Shown here in pieces: positions 37,391-45,534 of a DNA stretch of 58,546 nucleotides. Position numbers and translations under genes: made by a program. The notes beneath the pieces were generated by a model. It did not search any database. It was not told the origin of the DNA and worked only from the letters and a program-made list of their open reading frames with translations. Origin of the DNA: Candidatus Fermentibacterota bacterium (GTDB taxonomy: Bacteria > Fermentibacterota > Fermentibacteria > Fermentibacterales > Fermentibacteraceae); the NCBI GenBank assembly GCA_012523605.1, contig JAAYTY010000056.1:1-58546 (forward strand). The letters run 5' to 3'. Each line of letters opens with the position of its first letter. Position 1 is the stretch's first letter.

Positions 37391-37557
37391 CAGCCCCCCC
37401 TCGCGGCGATCCATGGGTGCGACGGCTCCGAATCGCCGAAGTCGAGCACATGGAGCATCACCGGCACCGGGGCGACCGTGACGCCCCGCCCGGCCTTCGA
37501 AAGCGACGCGACCTCCGAGAAGCCCGCCCGCTTCGAATGCAGGAACCTCAAAGCCAT
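37390..37557 (-). CDS. Hypothetical 55-aa ORF ending in Gly-Gly (possible ubiquitin-like/sulfur-carrier-type small protein)
   Basis: Hand translation gives MALRFLHSKRAGFSEVASLSKAGRGVTVAPVPVMLHVLDFGDSEPSHPWIAARGG*. About 87% of third codon positions are G/C, like the neighbouring genes. Its TGA overlaps the larB ATG by 1 nt (TGATG), the same junction type seen at 12782 and 14140. It is below the ORF-track length cutoff, and no homology was verified. Confidence 0.35.
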   Translation of the reverse strand: MALRFLHSKRAGFSEVASLSKAGRGVTVAPVPVMLHVLDFGDSEPSHPWIAARGG

Positions 37558-37579
37558 GATGGATCCCACCGGCGGCGCC

Positions 37580-38701
37580 TCATCCTCCGGCGCGCACGGA
37601 AAGGATCCTGCGGATGTAGTGGAGCGGATCCCCGGGCTCGCCCGGCATGAGTTTCCTCCCGATGGCCGAGCACCGCGCGGTCATGGCGGCCATCACTCTC
37701 CCCGGATCGTCCGGAACAGCGGTCCTGCCGTCGAACAGGCGGTAGTTGAGCCTGTACTTCGAGGGCGTGAGGCCGGGCATCAGTACGTTCGCTCCGTGGA
37801 GGAGCCCCTTCTCCGGCCCGTCGGGATCGAGCATCTGCAGGGCAGTGGTCGCGTAGATGTCGATATCGGGCATCATGAGCCTGAGAAGTGCCGTCATGCG
37901 AAGTGTCAGCCGGACCCGCGCCTCCCTTTCAGGAGCGAGATCCCGGTATTCGGCCAGGGGCGAATCGGAATGCTCGATCCACGGGTGGAAGCCGCACATG
38001 TCGATGTCCCTGTCCCTGAGGAAGAGGAGGTCGGACGCGAGGCTCTCGACGGTCTGCCACGGCACCCCGACGAGCACTCCGCTGCCGACCTGCCAGCCGG
38101 TTTCTCCGAGGTCGGCCAGGCACTGGAGGCGTGCGCCGAATCTGTGAAGTCCGTCCTTCGGGTGGATGCGGTTGTAGAGCTCCTGCTCGCTCGTCTCGAT
38201 CCTCAGCAGGTAGCGATGAGCCCCCGCCTTCCCGAGCTCCTCGAGTGTCCGACGGGGAAGTTCTCCGATAGAGAGGACCATCCCCGCCTCGTCCCCCCAT
38301 CTCCCGGCGACCCGCCGCAGGACTTCCACCACGCTCCCTGCATGGGCTTCTCCCAGCAGTTCGCCGGACTGCAGGAGGAAGGAGCGGATTCCATGCCTCC
38401 AGCCGTTCTCGATGGCCGAGACAATCTCCTCGACGGTCATGTGATACCTCGGCAGGGTGGAGTTCCCCCTCCGCAGACCGCAGTAGAGGCAGTTCTTCTG
38501 ACAGGAGTTCGATATCTCGATGATGCCCGTCGGACAGACGCCCGGCCCCAGAGTCCGGAGGAGGACAGTGTGGGCCGCTCTTGCCAGCAGCCCGTCGATC
38601 GAGGGCCCCATGGAAAGAGCATCGGTCAGATCCCGCTTCGTCAGGGTCTCGGTTCCACCCTGGACGAGCTTCTCCAGCTTCTCCTCGACGAGCAGACTCA
38701 C
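37580..38701 (-). CDS. HydE-family (BioB/PylB-like) radical SAM enzyme
   Basis: Motifs seen: IIEISNSCQKNCLYCGLRRGN..LPRY.MT.EEI, LQSGE and the distal ANVLMPGLTPSKYR. The GTG start overlaps the upstream stop (GTGA 38698-38701). Confidence 0.65.
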   Translation of the reverse strand: MSLLVEEKLEKLVQGGTETLTKRDLTDALSMGPSIDGLLARAAHTVLLRTLGPGVCPTGIIEISNSCQKNCLYCGLRRGNSTLPRYHMTVEEIVSAIENGWRHGIRSFLLQSGELLGEAHAGSVVEVLRRVAGRWGDEAGMVLSIGELPRRTLEELGKAGAHRYLLRIETSEQELYNRIHPKDGLHRFGARLQCLADLGETGWQVGSGVLVGVPWQTVESLASDLLFLRDRDIDMCGFHPWIEHSDSPLAEYRDLAPEREARVRLTLRMTALLRLMMPDIDIYATTALQMLDPDGPEKGLLHGANVLMPGLTPSKYRLNYRLFDGRTAVPDDPGRVMAAMTARCSAIGRKLMPGEPGDPLHYIRRILSVRAGG

Positions 38702-39381
38702 GGCTCCCCCGCCAGTCCCGGTGGCACATACTCGCCGGGCTCCGCCCTGAACGGCCGGTCGGAAAGCGTCCTGCTCGCCACACCCTCGACCATGATGTCA
38801 GAGATGAGCCCTTCGAGGTCCGCATCCCTCCACTCGGAACCGTACCTGGCGACGACTCTGGCATGGGTGTCGAGAACGACGAGCTGAGGCGTTTCCCCGA
38901 CCCCGAAATGGGTCATCACCATTCCATCGTGATCGACGATCACGGGAAAGCCGATCCCCCAGGCGGCAATCGTCGTCCGCCATGAATCCGGGCCGGCTTC
39001 GGGGCGGACGAACACGGTCACCACCGCAACAGGACTTGAAGCAAGATCCTCGTGGAGCCGCTGAAGCCTCTCCAGCCCCGCGGCGTCAGAGAGCCTCGTG
39101 AAATCGCAGAACAGGAGCAGGACGACGTGCCCCGACAGCTCGTGATAGAGGCTGAGGGGGGCCTGCGTATTGAACCAGGCATGTCCCTCCGGAAAGTCTC
39201 CGACCGCGGCGAAGCGCTCGGTGTTCGGGGGCTCCTTCTTCAGGCTGAACAGGTAGCCCAGCCCGAAGGCGGACAGCAGGACGGCCAGCCCGAAGATCAC
39301 GGCCGACCTGATCCGCTGCCTGTGGAAATCGGTGAGGGGCAGCCCTCCGTCGTCCTTTTCCAGCGGGGGGAAAGGGAACAT
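38698..39381 (-). CDS. Membrane-anchored thioredoxin-fold (redoxin/TlpA-like) protein with CxxT in place of CxxC
   Basis: The start is the ATG at 39381 (MFPFPPLEK). It has one TM, then WFNT..PLSL..LSGHVVLLLFCDFTRLS...GFPVIVDHDG, which follows the redoxin layout but retains only one active-site Cys. Confidence 0.55.
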   Translation of the reverse strand: MFPFPPLEKDDGGLPLTDFHRQRIRSAVIFGLAVLLSAFGLGYLFSLKKEPPNTERFAAVGDFPEGHAWFNTQAPLSLYHELSGHVVLLLFCDFTRLSDAAGLERLQRLHEDLASSPVAVVTVFVRPEAGPDSWRTTIAAWGIGFPVIVDHDGMVMTHFGVGETPQLVVLDTHARVVARYGSEWRDADLEGLISDIMVEGVASRTLSDRPFRAEPGEYVPPGLAGEP

Positions 39382-39389
39382 GCGCGGGC

Positions 39390-39653
39390 CTAGGCGTCCT
39401 GCGCGTCCATGAGGGACAGCGCCGAGGAGCGCGCGGCATCGAGAACCTTCCGGGGAGGCACGCCGGCCTTCTCCGCTATCTCGAGGCAGTCGTCCATCTC
39501 GGGCGCTGCGTTCACCGCCCGCCCGCCGAGAAGAGCCACCTTCACCCTCACGGAACCCCACGGCGTGGGGGTTTCGACGATGCGCCTCGGCAGGACTGCC
39601 CGCGCGGTGGTTCCCACCCTTGCGCCCAGCGTGGTGGAGCCCTCGAACAGCGT
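39390..39653 (-). CDS. larC: LarC C-terminal 87 codons, in the SAME frame immediately after the TAG
   Basis: The sequence TLFEGSTTLGARV....R..L.RRIVETPTPWGSVRVKVA....PEMDDCLEIAEKAGVP is the conserved LarC C-terminal region. Frame continuity with 39654-40583 was verified codon by codon. The track lists only the GTG-initiated 75-aa piece. Confidence 0.65.
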   Translation of the reverse strand, partial: TLFEGSTTLGARVGTTARAVLPRRIVETPTPWGSVRVKVALLGGRAVNAAPEMDDCLEIAEKAGVPPRKVLDAARSSALSLMDAQDA

Positions 39654-40583
39654 CTACAGAACGCGCTGCTCGGCTTCGGGAGGGCAAAGCACCGTCAGCT
39701 CAAGAGCCGGCCGCCCCTTTCTGCCGGTTCCGGAAAGGGTGTAGCAGTCCATTGCTCCCGCAGCCAGCAGGGCCTTCTGAAGCGGCGGCCAGAGCCTCGG
39801 ATCCATGTCGTCAACCAGGCTCACTATTTCTACGCACTCGTCGCGGGACCACCCGGCGGCGGGCCTGGTTTCCCCGAGAATCATTCTCAGGAGATTGGGG
39901 GCTTCTTCGAGCTCCATGGAGCCGGCCCCCATTCCGACTCCCGTCACCGAGCATTCGGGATGCGGAGAAGACCAGTCCCGGACGAGGGTAGTAAGAATCG
40001 CGGCCCCTGTCGGCGTCGCCAGCTCGGCCCTGGAACGCCCGCGCCTGATCACTGCCCCTTCGAGCAGCACGGCCGTGGCGGGCGCCGGAACGGGAAGCTC
40101 CCCGTGGGCGCAGGTCACGGTGCCCCAGCCGGTCGCGACCGGGGAGGACCAGGCCTCCTCCACGCCCAGCAGATGCATTCCGGCGAACGAGCCTACGATA
40201 TCCAGGATGGCGTCCATCGCCCCCGTCTCGTGGAAGTGGACCTCCTCGACGGCGCAGGAATGCACGCGTGCCTCGGCTCCGGCCAGCGCCTCGAAGGCCG
40301 CGATGGAGAGGTCCTCGACGCGACGGGGCAGTCCGGCGGACCGTATCATCCCTCTGATCTCGCCGAGATGCCTGTGGGTCCTCTCCCGGGGTACGAGCAC
40401 TTCGACAAGCGTGCCGGACAATCCTCCGCGCTTCACGCGGCTCACCTCGAGCGACCATCCCTTGAGCGGCAGTCTGCGGAGCAGGGCCTCCAGGTCCCCC
40501 ACCGGCAGCCTGGCGTCCAGGATGGCGCCCAGCACCATGTTTCCGCTTATTCCACTCCAGGGGTCGAAGAGGGCTATCCGCAA
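39654..40583 (-). CDS. larC: LarC (nickel-pincer cofactor nickel insertase), N-terminal 309 codons ending at an in-frame TAG
   Basis: The TTG start at 40583 gives MRIALFDPWSGISGNM..., the canonical DUF111/LarC N-terminus. Also seen: EVHFHETGAMDAILDIVG, ATPTGAAIL and KGRPALELTVL. The frame stops at the TAG at 39654-39656. Confidence 0.75.
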   Translation of the reverse strand: MRIALFDPWSGISGNMVLGAILDARLPVGDLEALLRRLPLKGWSLEVSRVKRGGLSGTLVEVLVPRERTHRHLGEIRGMIRSAGLPRRVEDLSIAAFEALAGAEARVHSCAVEEVHFHETGAMDAILDIVGSFAGMHLLGVEEAWSSPVATGWGTVTCAHGELPVPAPATAVLLEGAVIRRGRSRAELATPTGAAILTTLVRDWSSPHPECSVTGVGMGAGSMELEEAPNLLRMILGETRPAAGWSRDECVEIVSLVDDMDPRLWPPLQKALLAAGAMDCYTLSGTGRKGRPALELTVLCPPEAEQRVL

Positions 40584-40587
40584 CCGG

Positions 40588-41589
40588 TCACTTCCCCGTC
40601 TCGCGAGGTTTGCCGAGCATTTCCATCTCGGCATCCACCATTTCGGTCACCAGCTCGTCGAAGCCCACCCGGGGCTTCCAGCCCAGGACACGCCTGGCCT
40701 TCGAGGCGTCTCCGCGCAGGGCGTCGACCTCGGTCGGCCGAAAATACTTCTCGTCGGTCACGACGTGCTCCCGCCAGTCCAGTCCTGCGTGCGAGAACGC
40801 CTTCTCGGCGAACTCCCTTATGCTGTGGGTCTCTCCGGTCGCGATCACGTAGTCGTCGCCCTCGGGCTGCTGGAGCATGAGATACATCGCCTCGACGAAG
40901 TCTCTGGCGTGTCCCCAGTCCCTCCTGGCGTCCAGATTGCCCAGTGCAACCTTCTTCTGAAGGCCCATGCTGATCCTCGCGACCGCCATGGCGATCTTGC
41001 GCGTGACGAAGTTCTCCCCCCTCCGGGGAGACTCGTGGTTGAACAGTATTCCGCTCGAAGCGTGGAGGCCGTAGCCCGCCCTGAAGTTCACGACCATCCA
41101 GTGGGCGTACAGCTTCGCGGCGCCGTAAGGGCTCCTGGGGCGGAAGGGGGTGTCCTCGTTCTGGGGAGGAGGCGAGGCGCCGAACATCTCGCTGGTGGAT
41201 GCCTGGTAGAAGCGGCATTCCCTGGTGAGACCCACCTCGCGGATGGCGTCCAGAAGCCTTGCCACTCCGAGCGCATCGACGTCGCCTGTGTACTCGGGGA
41301 GATCGAAGGAGATCTTTACATGACTCTGCGCGGCGAGGTTGTACACTTCGTCGGGGCCCGTATGCTCGAGTATCCTGTTCAGGGCACTGGAGTCGGTCAT
41401 GTCGCCGTAATGGAGAAAGAGCCTGTCGCCATAGGTGCCCGTGTCCTGTATCAGGTGCTCTATCCTGCCCCTGTTGAAGCTGCTCGACCTTCGAACTATC
41501 CCGTGTACCTCGTAGCCCTTCCGGAGAAGGAGCTCACAGAGGTAGGAGCCGTCCTGGCCTGTGATGCCCGTGATGAGCGCCTTCTTCAT
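40588..41589 (-). CDS. gmd: GDP-mannose 4,6-dehydratase
   Basis: Motifs seen: [37 protein letters not shown] and [10 protein letters not shown]. The ATG at 41589 follows a GGAG; a TTG alternative lies at 41601. Confidence 0.85.
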   Translation of the reverse strand: MKKALITGITGQDGSYLCELLLRKGYEVHGIVRRSSSFNRGRIEHLIQDTGTYGDRLFLHYGDMTDSSALNRILEHTGPDEVYNLAAQSHVKISFDLPEYTGDVDALGVARLLDAIREVGLTRECRFYQASTSEMFGASPPPQNEDTPFRPRSPYGAAKLYAHWMVVNFRAGYGLHASSGILFNHESPRRGENFVTRKIAMAVARISMGLQKKVALGNLDARRDWGHARDFVEAMYLMLQQPEGDDYVIATGETHSIREFAEKAFSHAGLDWREHVVTDEKYFRPTEVDALRGDASKARRVLGWKPRVGFDELVTEMVDAEMEMLGKPRETGK

Positions 41590-41616
41590 CCGATGCTCCA
41601 ATCCGCCGGAAAGCCT

Positions 41617-44160
41617 TCAATCCTTCACTCTGACGAACATGACCGTGAAGTCGTCGGCGAAGTCGCCGCTCCCGGTGTGCGCCCTGACCCCGGCCTCCAG
41701 ACGGTCAATGAGATCCTGGAGGGGAAGGTTCCTCCCGGCGGTCACGAGAGCCTCGATCCTGTCCTCCCCGAACTCCTCTCCGGAGGGGCTCATGGCCTCG
41801 CTTACGCCGTCGGTGTAGAGAACCAGGAGGTCGCCGGGGTACAGGATCGTCGTGCCGCTCCTGTATGCGGCATCGCGCATCACCCCGAGGAGCAGACCGC
41901 CCTGTTCGAGCTTCTCCACCGCTCCGGAAGCCCGGAGGAGAATGGGGGGGTTGTGGCCGGCGTTCACCCATTCCAGCTTCCTGGAATCGGGCTCGAAGAG
42001 CGCCGTGAAGAACGTTACGAAGAACTCGTCGGGCGTGTTCTCGAACATGAGCCTGTTGACCCTGGAGACCACCGCCGGAAGCGTCAGCCCAACCTCGGTT
42101 ATCGCCCTCAGCGAGGCCTGGAGGTTCGCCGTGAGGAGCGCGGGGCCCATCCCCTTGCCGGTGACGTCGCCCAGCGAGAACATTGTCCGGCCGCCTTCGA
42201 GAGTCACCATGTCATAGAAATCGCCGGCCACTTCCAGGCAGAACGTGATGCTCGCGGCGGCTTCGAGCCCCGGAGTCTCCGGCAGCTCGAGGGGAAGGAG
42301 GCTCTTCTGTATCCCCCTGGCTATCTGGAGCTGCTCCTCCAGCTTCTCCTTCTCGACCTTCTCCCTCAGCAGCTCGAGGTTTTCGGCCGCCACGCCGATT
42401 TGTGCAGCCAGCGAGGACAGGATCTCCATCTCGGCGTGCGTGTAGTCCTCGCCGGTGGTCTTCCCTCCGGTAGCGACGAATCCCAGCAGGCCGCCGTGCC
42501 CGATGAGAGGGAGAAGCAAAGCCGTTTCACGGGCATGGAACCACCTGATCTGTTCCATGTCCAGCCCCAGCCTGCCGCTTGCGATTATCTCGTCAACCAG
42601 CATGGGGCGGGCGTACTGGGCGAGGCGCCGGGACAGTCTCGAGCCACGGCTGAACGGCGCGGGCTCTCCCCGGCAGATCTCCACGGCGTTCTCGCTCCTG
42701 GCATCGAAGATGACCGGCATGACCGACTCGGTCTCGAGGCCCTGGGAGAGCTTCTCCTCCAGGGTCAGCCAGAACTCGTCTCTGTCGCCTATGTCCCTCG
42801 TGAGCCCTATGAAGTCGCGCAGGAGGGTGCGGAGGCGCTCCCGTTCCGGATAGAACCGGTCCTCCAGCCAGTTCCTGATCTTCCGCTGGGCCGGGGCGAA
42901 CCCCACTGCAACGCCGATGGAAACCACCAGCAGAGGGGCCGGGCCCCGCGATCCGGCAACTGTGATCAGCCAGCCGCCCGCCTTGTACACCATGACGAGC
43001 AGGAGGGCGAGCAGGGAGGCGTTGACCAGCACGAAGAGAGTTCCCCTGCGAACGCGGCCCTCGACCTCCAACAGCCTGTACTTCCCGAAGGCGAACGCAA
43101 AAGAAACCGGTATCAGGAGGAGCACCAGGAATAGCCCGTCGAACACGAACAGCCTCGCGACGTACGGTACGCTGCTCCACCAGTCGCGGAAGACAGTGCC
43201 CGCCAGCATGATGAGGAAAAGTAACAAAAGGCCTGGAACCGAGCCCCACAGAACGAGGCGGACCATCCTGTGCTCGACCTTGTCGGCGGCCGCCCCGAGG
43301 GATCTGAACATCAGGATCGTGCCCAGGGTGAAGTAGGCGGTGATCACGACCTGGAGCACGGGCAACCCGTCTGAGAGCTTCGGCAGCCAGGGCAGCAGGC
43401 GGTGCGCGGCCGAGGCCGCCATGAGCATGACGAGGAGCGGGGGCGCGTAGCACAGCAGGTCGAACAGCGGGCGCCTCCGGAGATACCAGGACTTCTCGCG
43501 GGGGAAGACGAACTGGAGGTTCAGCCATAACGGGGCTGCGAGCCACGAGAGGAGGCCGACGATCTGATAGACCTCCTCCTCGAAGGGGATGTGGAACCTG
43601 GCGTAGGCGGGGGCCACGCTCAGGAACAGGAAGGTCATCATCAAGGCCAGCGAGTAGCAGAACAGCGCGAGCACCCGCACGGCGCGCGAGTCGGGCCTCT
43701 TCGCGAAGGCCCAGAGGCCGACCGTCACGAGCGATACCGCAATGAGGAACCTGAGGATGAACCCGGGCACAACGACGATGTGGAGAAGCAGAGGGATGCT
43801 GCGGGTCTCCACCCTTGTGGCGTAGAGGCTGTCGCCGTGCTTGAACTCCAGCGGGACGACGACACCCGGCGGTGTCTCAGTGGTGAAGACGGTGAAGTAG
43901 TTGTCGAGGGTTCCCGGAAGGCCCTGCAACGAGACCAGCGTGTCGCCGGGCTCGGGGTATGGAGGCTGGATGAAGTCGTCCCTGTCGACCTCGGAGAAGA
44001 CCCCGAGACTGTCCTCGTAGAGTGCGATCATGCTCCAGATGTCGCCCATGCTAACGAGCGTGTCGGCCCTGGTGTAGTCCTGAACCAGAGCCACCCCCAC
44101 AAGGAGCATCACGATGATCGTGACAAGGGTCATTCCCGCGCGGACGACGGTCTTCCTCAT
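41617..44160 (-). CDS. Multi-TM sensor with GAF-like domain and PP2C/SpoIIE phosphatase domain
   Basis: The N-terminal half has about 8 or more TM segments after an extracytoplasmic domain. The C-terminal part shows IARGIQ..LLP, AGDFYD, GDVTGKGMGPALL, NAGHNPP and LYTDGV. Confidence 0.75.
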   Translation of the reverse strand: MRKTVVRAGMTLVTIIVMLLVGVALVQDYTRADTLVSMGDIWSMIALYEDSLGVFSEVDRDDFIQPPYPEPGDTLVSLQGLPGTLDNYFTVFTTETPPGVVVPLEFKHGDSLYATRVETRSIPLLLHIVVVPGFILRFLIAVSLVTVGLWAFAKRPDSRAVRVLALFCYSLALMMTFLFLSVAPAYARFHIPFEEEVYQIVGLLSWLAAPLWLNLQFVFPREKSWYLRRRPLFDLLCYAPPLLVMLMAASAAHRLLPWLPKLSDGLPVLQVVITAYFTLGTILMFRSLGAAADKVEHRMVRLVLWGSVPGLLLLFLIMLAGTVFRDWWSSVPYVARLFVFDGLFLVLLLIPVSFAFAFGKYRLLEVEGRVRRGTLFVLVNASLLALLLVMVYKAGGWLITVAGSRGPAPLLVVSIGVAVGFAPAQRKIRNWLEDRFYPERERLRTLLRDFIGLTRDIGDRDEFWLTLEEKLSQGLETESVMPVIFDARSENAVEICRGEPAPFSRGSRLSRRLAQYARPMLVDEIIASGRLGLDMEQIRWFHARETALLLPLIGHGGLLGFVATGGKTTGEDYTHAEMEILSSLAAQIGVAAENLELLREKVEKEKLEEQLQIARGIQKSLLPLELPETPGLEAAASITFCLEVAGDFYDMVTLEGGRTMFSLGDVTGKGMGPALLTANLQASLRAITEVGLTLPAVVSRVNRLMFENTPDEFFVTFFTALFEPDSRKLEWVNAGHNPPILLRASGAVEKLEQGGLLLGVMRDAAYRSGTTILYPGDLLVLYTDGVSEAMSPSGEEFGEDRIEALVTAGRNLPLQDLIDRLEAGVRAHTGSGDFADDFTVMFVRVKD

Positions 44161-44248
44161 GAATCCTCCGCGAAATGCACACCCTCTGCGAATCTATGAA
44201 AACGCGGTCGGGAAGGCTAGAAATCCCGTCGGCTCGCAGTGCCGGAGG

Positions 44249-45337
44249 CTATCCCCGCAGGGCTTTCCCGTACACCTCCAGATACTCTTTCACCACCCGG
44301 TCGGGATCGTGGAGAGCCGCGACCCTCCTCCTCGCGGGCTCGTTCAACGCCGGACCGGCTCTGACCGCCTCGCCGAGAGCCAGGGCGAGGCTCTCCGGCG
44401 ACTCCTGCTCGAAGGGCATGCCGAGGCCGTCGGCGATCTCCCTGTTGCCGGGAATGTCACTGTAAACTACGGTCAGTTCGCACGACAGCATGTCGAGGAG
44501 GCTCATGCTCTGGGCCTCGAGCTTCGAGGGAACCACTCCGAACCGCGCTCCGCGCAGGAGATCGCCGAGATCGGGAGCCTCCAGAAGACCGGTCGTGACC
44601 ACACCCGCCTCTTTCGTCAGGGCGGCGATGCGCCTCCCGTAGCTGCCGGAGAGGAGTGGGCAGGCCACCGCCAGACGCAGGGGGATGCCGGCCAACAGCC
44701 ATGCCTCGAGAAGGGTGTGCAGGCCCTTCGAAGGCACGAGCCTCCCGGCGGCGAACACCGCATAGCTTCCCGGCTGGAGCCCGTTGTCGGCCAGCACGCG
44801 GTTTCCGCGTGTTCCCGGGTTTCTGAGGCAGTTCGGCACCAGGACGACTTTCCCGGGCGCCGATTTTTCGTAGTAGGAGACGAGATGCGCGGCAACCGCG
44901 GTCGCCCGGGCGTTCGAATGCAGGAAGCGTCTCTCGGCGAGTCTGGACATCGCCCGTCTCGCAAGGCCGGCCTCGCGGGCCAGATACGCCCTGCCGTGCG
45001 AGGTGACGACCAGCGGCAGATCCTCCTCCAGCCTGCCGGCGAACATCAGGGGATCCACGCTGTGGATGTGAACCAAATCGAAATCACCGCTTCTGCGGAC
45101 TATTCTCGAGAAAGAGCGCATGGCGTGCAGGGGCATGGCGAGCGGGCCGGAACAGGGTCCGGGCGTGCACTCGACCCTGCAGCCGCGATGGAGCGGGGCG
45201 CCGGTGGAGTAGCCCTCCCAGGCGAAGACCGTCACCTCGTGGCCCAGGGCCGCCAGGCGCGCGCCCAGCTCCTCCACCACCACTTCCACGCCGTGCCTGC
45301 CCGGCACGCCCTTCGATCCCGCCAGCGCGATCCTCAT
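44249..45337 (-). CDS. GT4-family glycosyltransferase
   Basis: Motifs seen: MRIALAGSKG (ATG at 45337), VHIHS and VVPSKLEAQSMSLLDML (an EX7E-like region). This is the last high-GC gene before the compositional break. Confidence 0.7.
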   Translation of the reverse strand: MRIALAGSKGVPGRHGVEVVVEELGARLAALGHEVTVFAWEGYSTGAPLHRGCRVECTPGPCSGPLAMPLHAMRSFSRIVRRSGDFDLVHIHSVDPLMFAGRLEEDLPLVVTSHGRAYLAREAGLARRAMSRLAERRFLHSNARATAVAAHLVSYYEKSAPGKVVLVPNCLRNPGTRGNRVLADNGLQPGSYAVFAAGRLVPSKGLHTLLEAWLLAGIPLRLAVACPLLSGSYGRRIAALTKEAGVVTTGLLEAPDLGDLLRGARFGVVPSKLEAQSMSLLDMLSCELTVVYSDIPGNREIADGLGMPFEQESPESLALALGEAVRAGPALNEPARRRVAALHDPDRVVKEYLEVYGKALRG

Positions 45338-45471
45338 GAAAGGGCTGGCTTCATTTCGGTGCATGTCATCGAGCCCATCCCGGGCCACCCTTCACGACGA
45401 GCTGTTGTCACACCCGAACGCTCTGACCCTCCTCTGCAATCCTCGAACTGCCAGGGCAGTCCGGCGGTGCG

Positions 45472-45501
45472 GTGTCGTATCCACGCAATTGAGATTATTA
45501 T
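45472..45501 (+). promoter_or_regulatory. Candidate sigma70-like promoter for the deacetylase-like gene
   Basis: GTGTCG-N18-TATTAT lies 33 nt upstream of the ATG at 45535 and overlaps the imperfect palindrome TTGAGATTATTATCAA. A similar motif occurs at 47451-47479. Confidence 0.3.
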
Positions 45502-45534
45502 CAAGCGGATTTCGAGTGTCTTCAAGGGAAAGCC

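Noticed and set aside
39654-39656. The TAG in larC could encode pyrrolysine, given that the neighbouring radical SAM enzyme belongs to the BioB/HydE/PylB clade.
   Set aside because: The radical SAM motifs (CQKNCLYCGLRRGN, RY.MT.EEI, MPGLTP.KYR) match HydE rather than PylB. No pylC, pylD, pylS or pylT is present in the window. TAG terminates at least five other genes here.
39805-43134. Very long plus-strand ORFs lie opposite well-supported minus-strand genes. They include 1109 aa here, 1131 aa at 32197-35592, 777 aa at 9826-12159, 512 aa at 1198-2736 and 563 aa at 37196-38887.
   Set aside because: Their translations are Arg/Gly/Pro/His-rich low-complexity sequence with no recognisable motifs. 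They lie antisense to genes with clear family signatures. They are stop-codon-poor shadow frames, as expected in DNA of about 65-68% GC.
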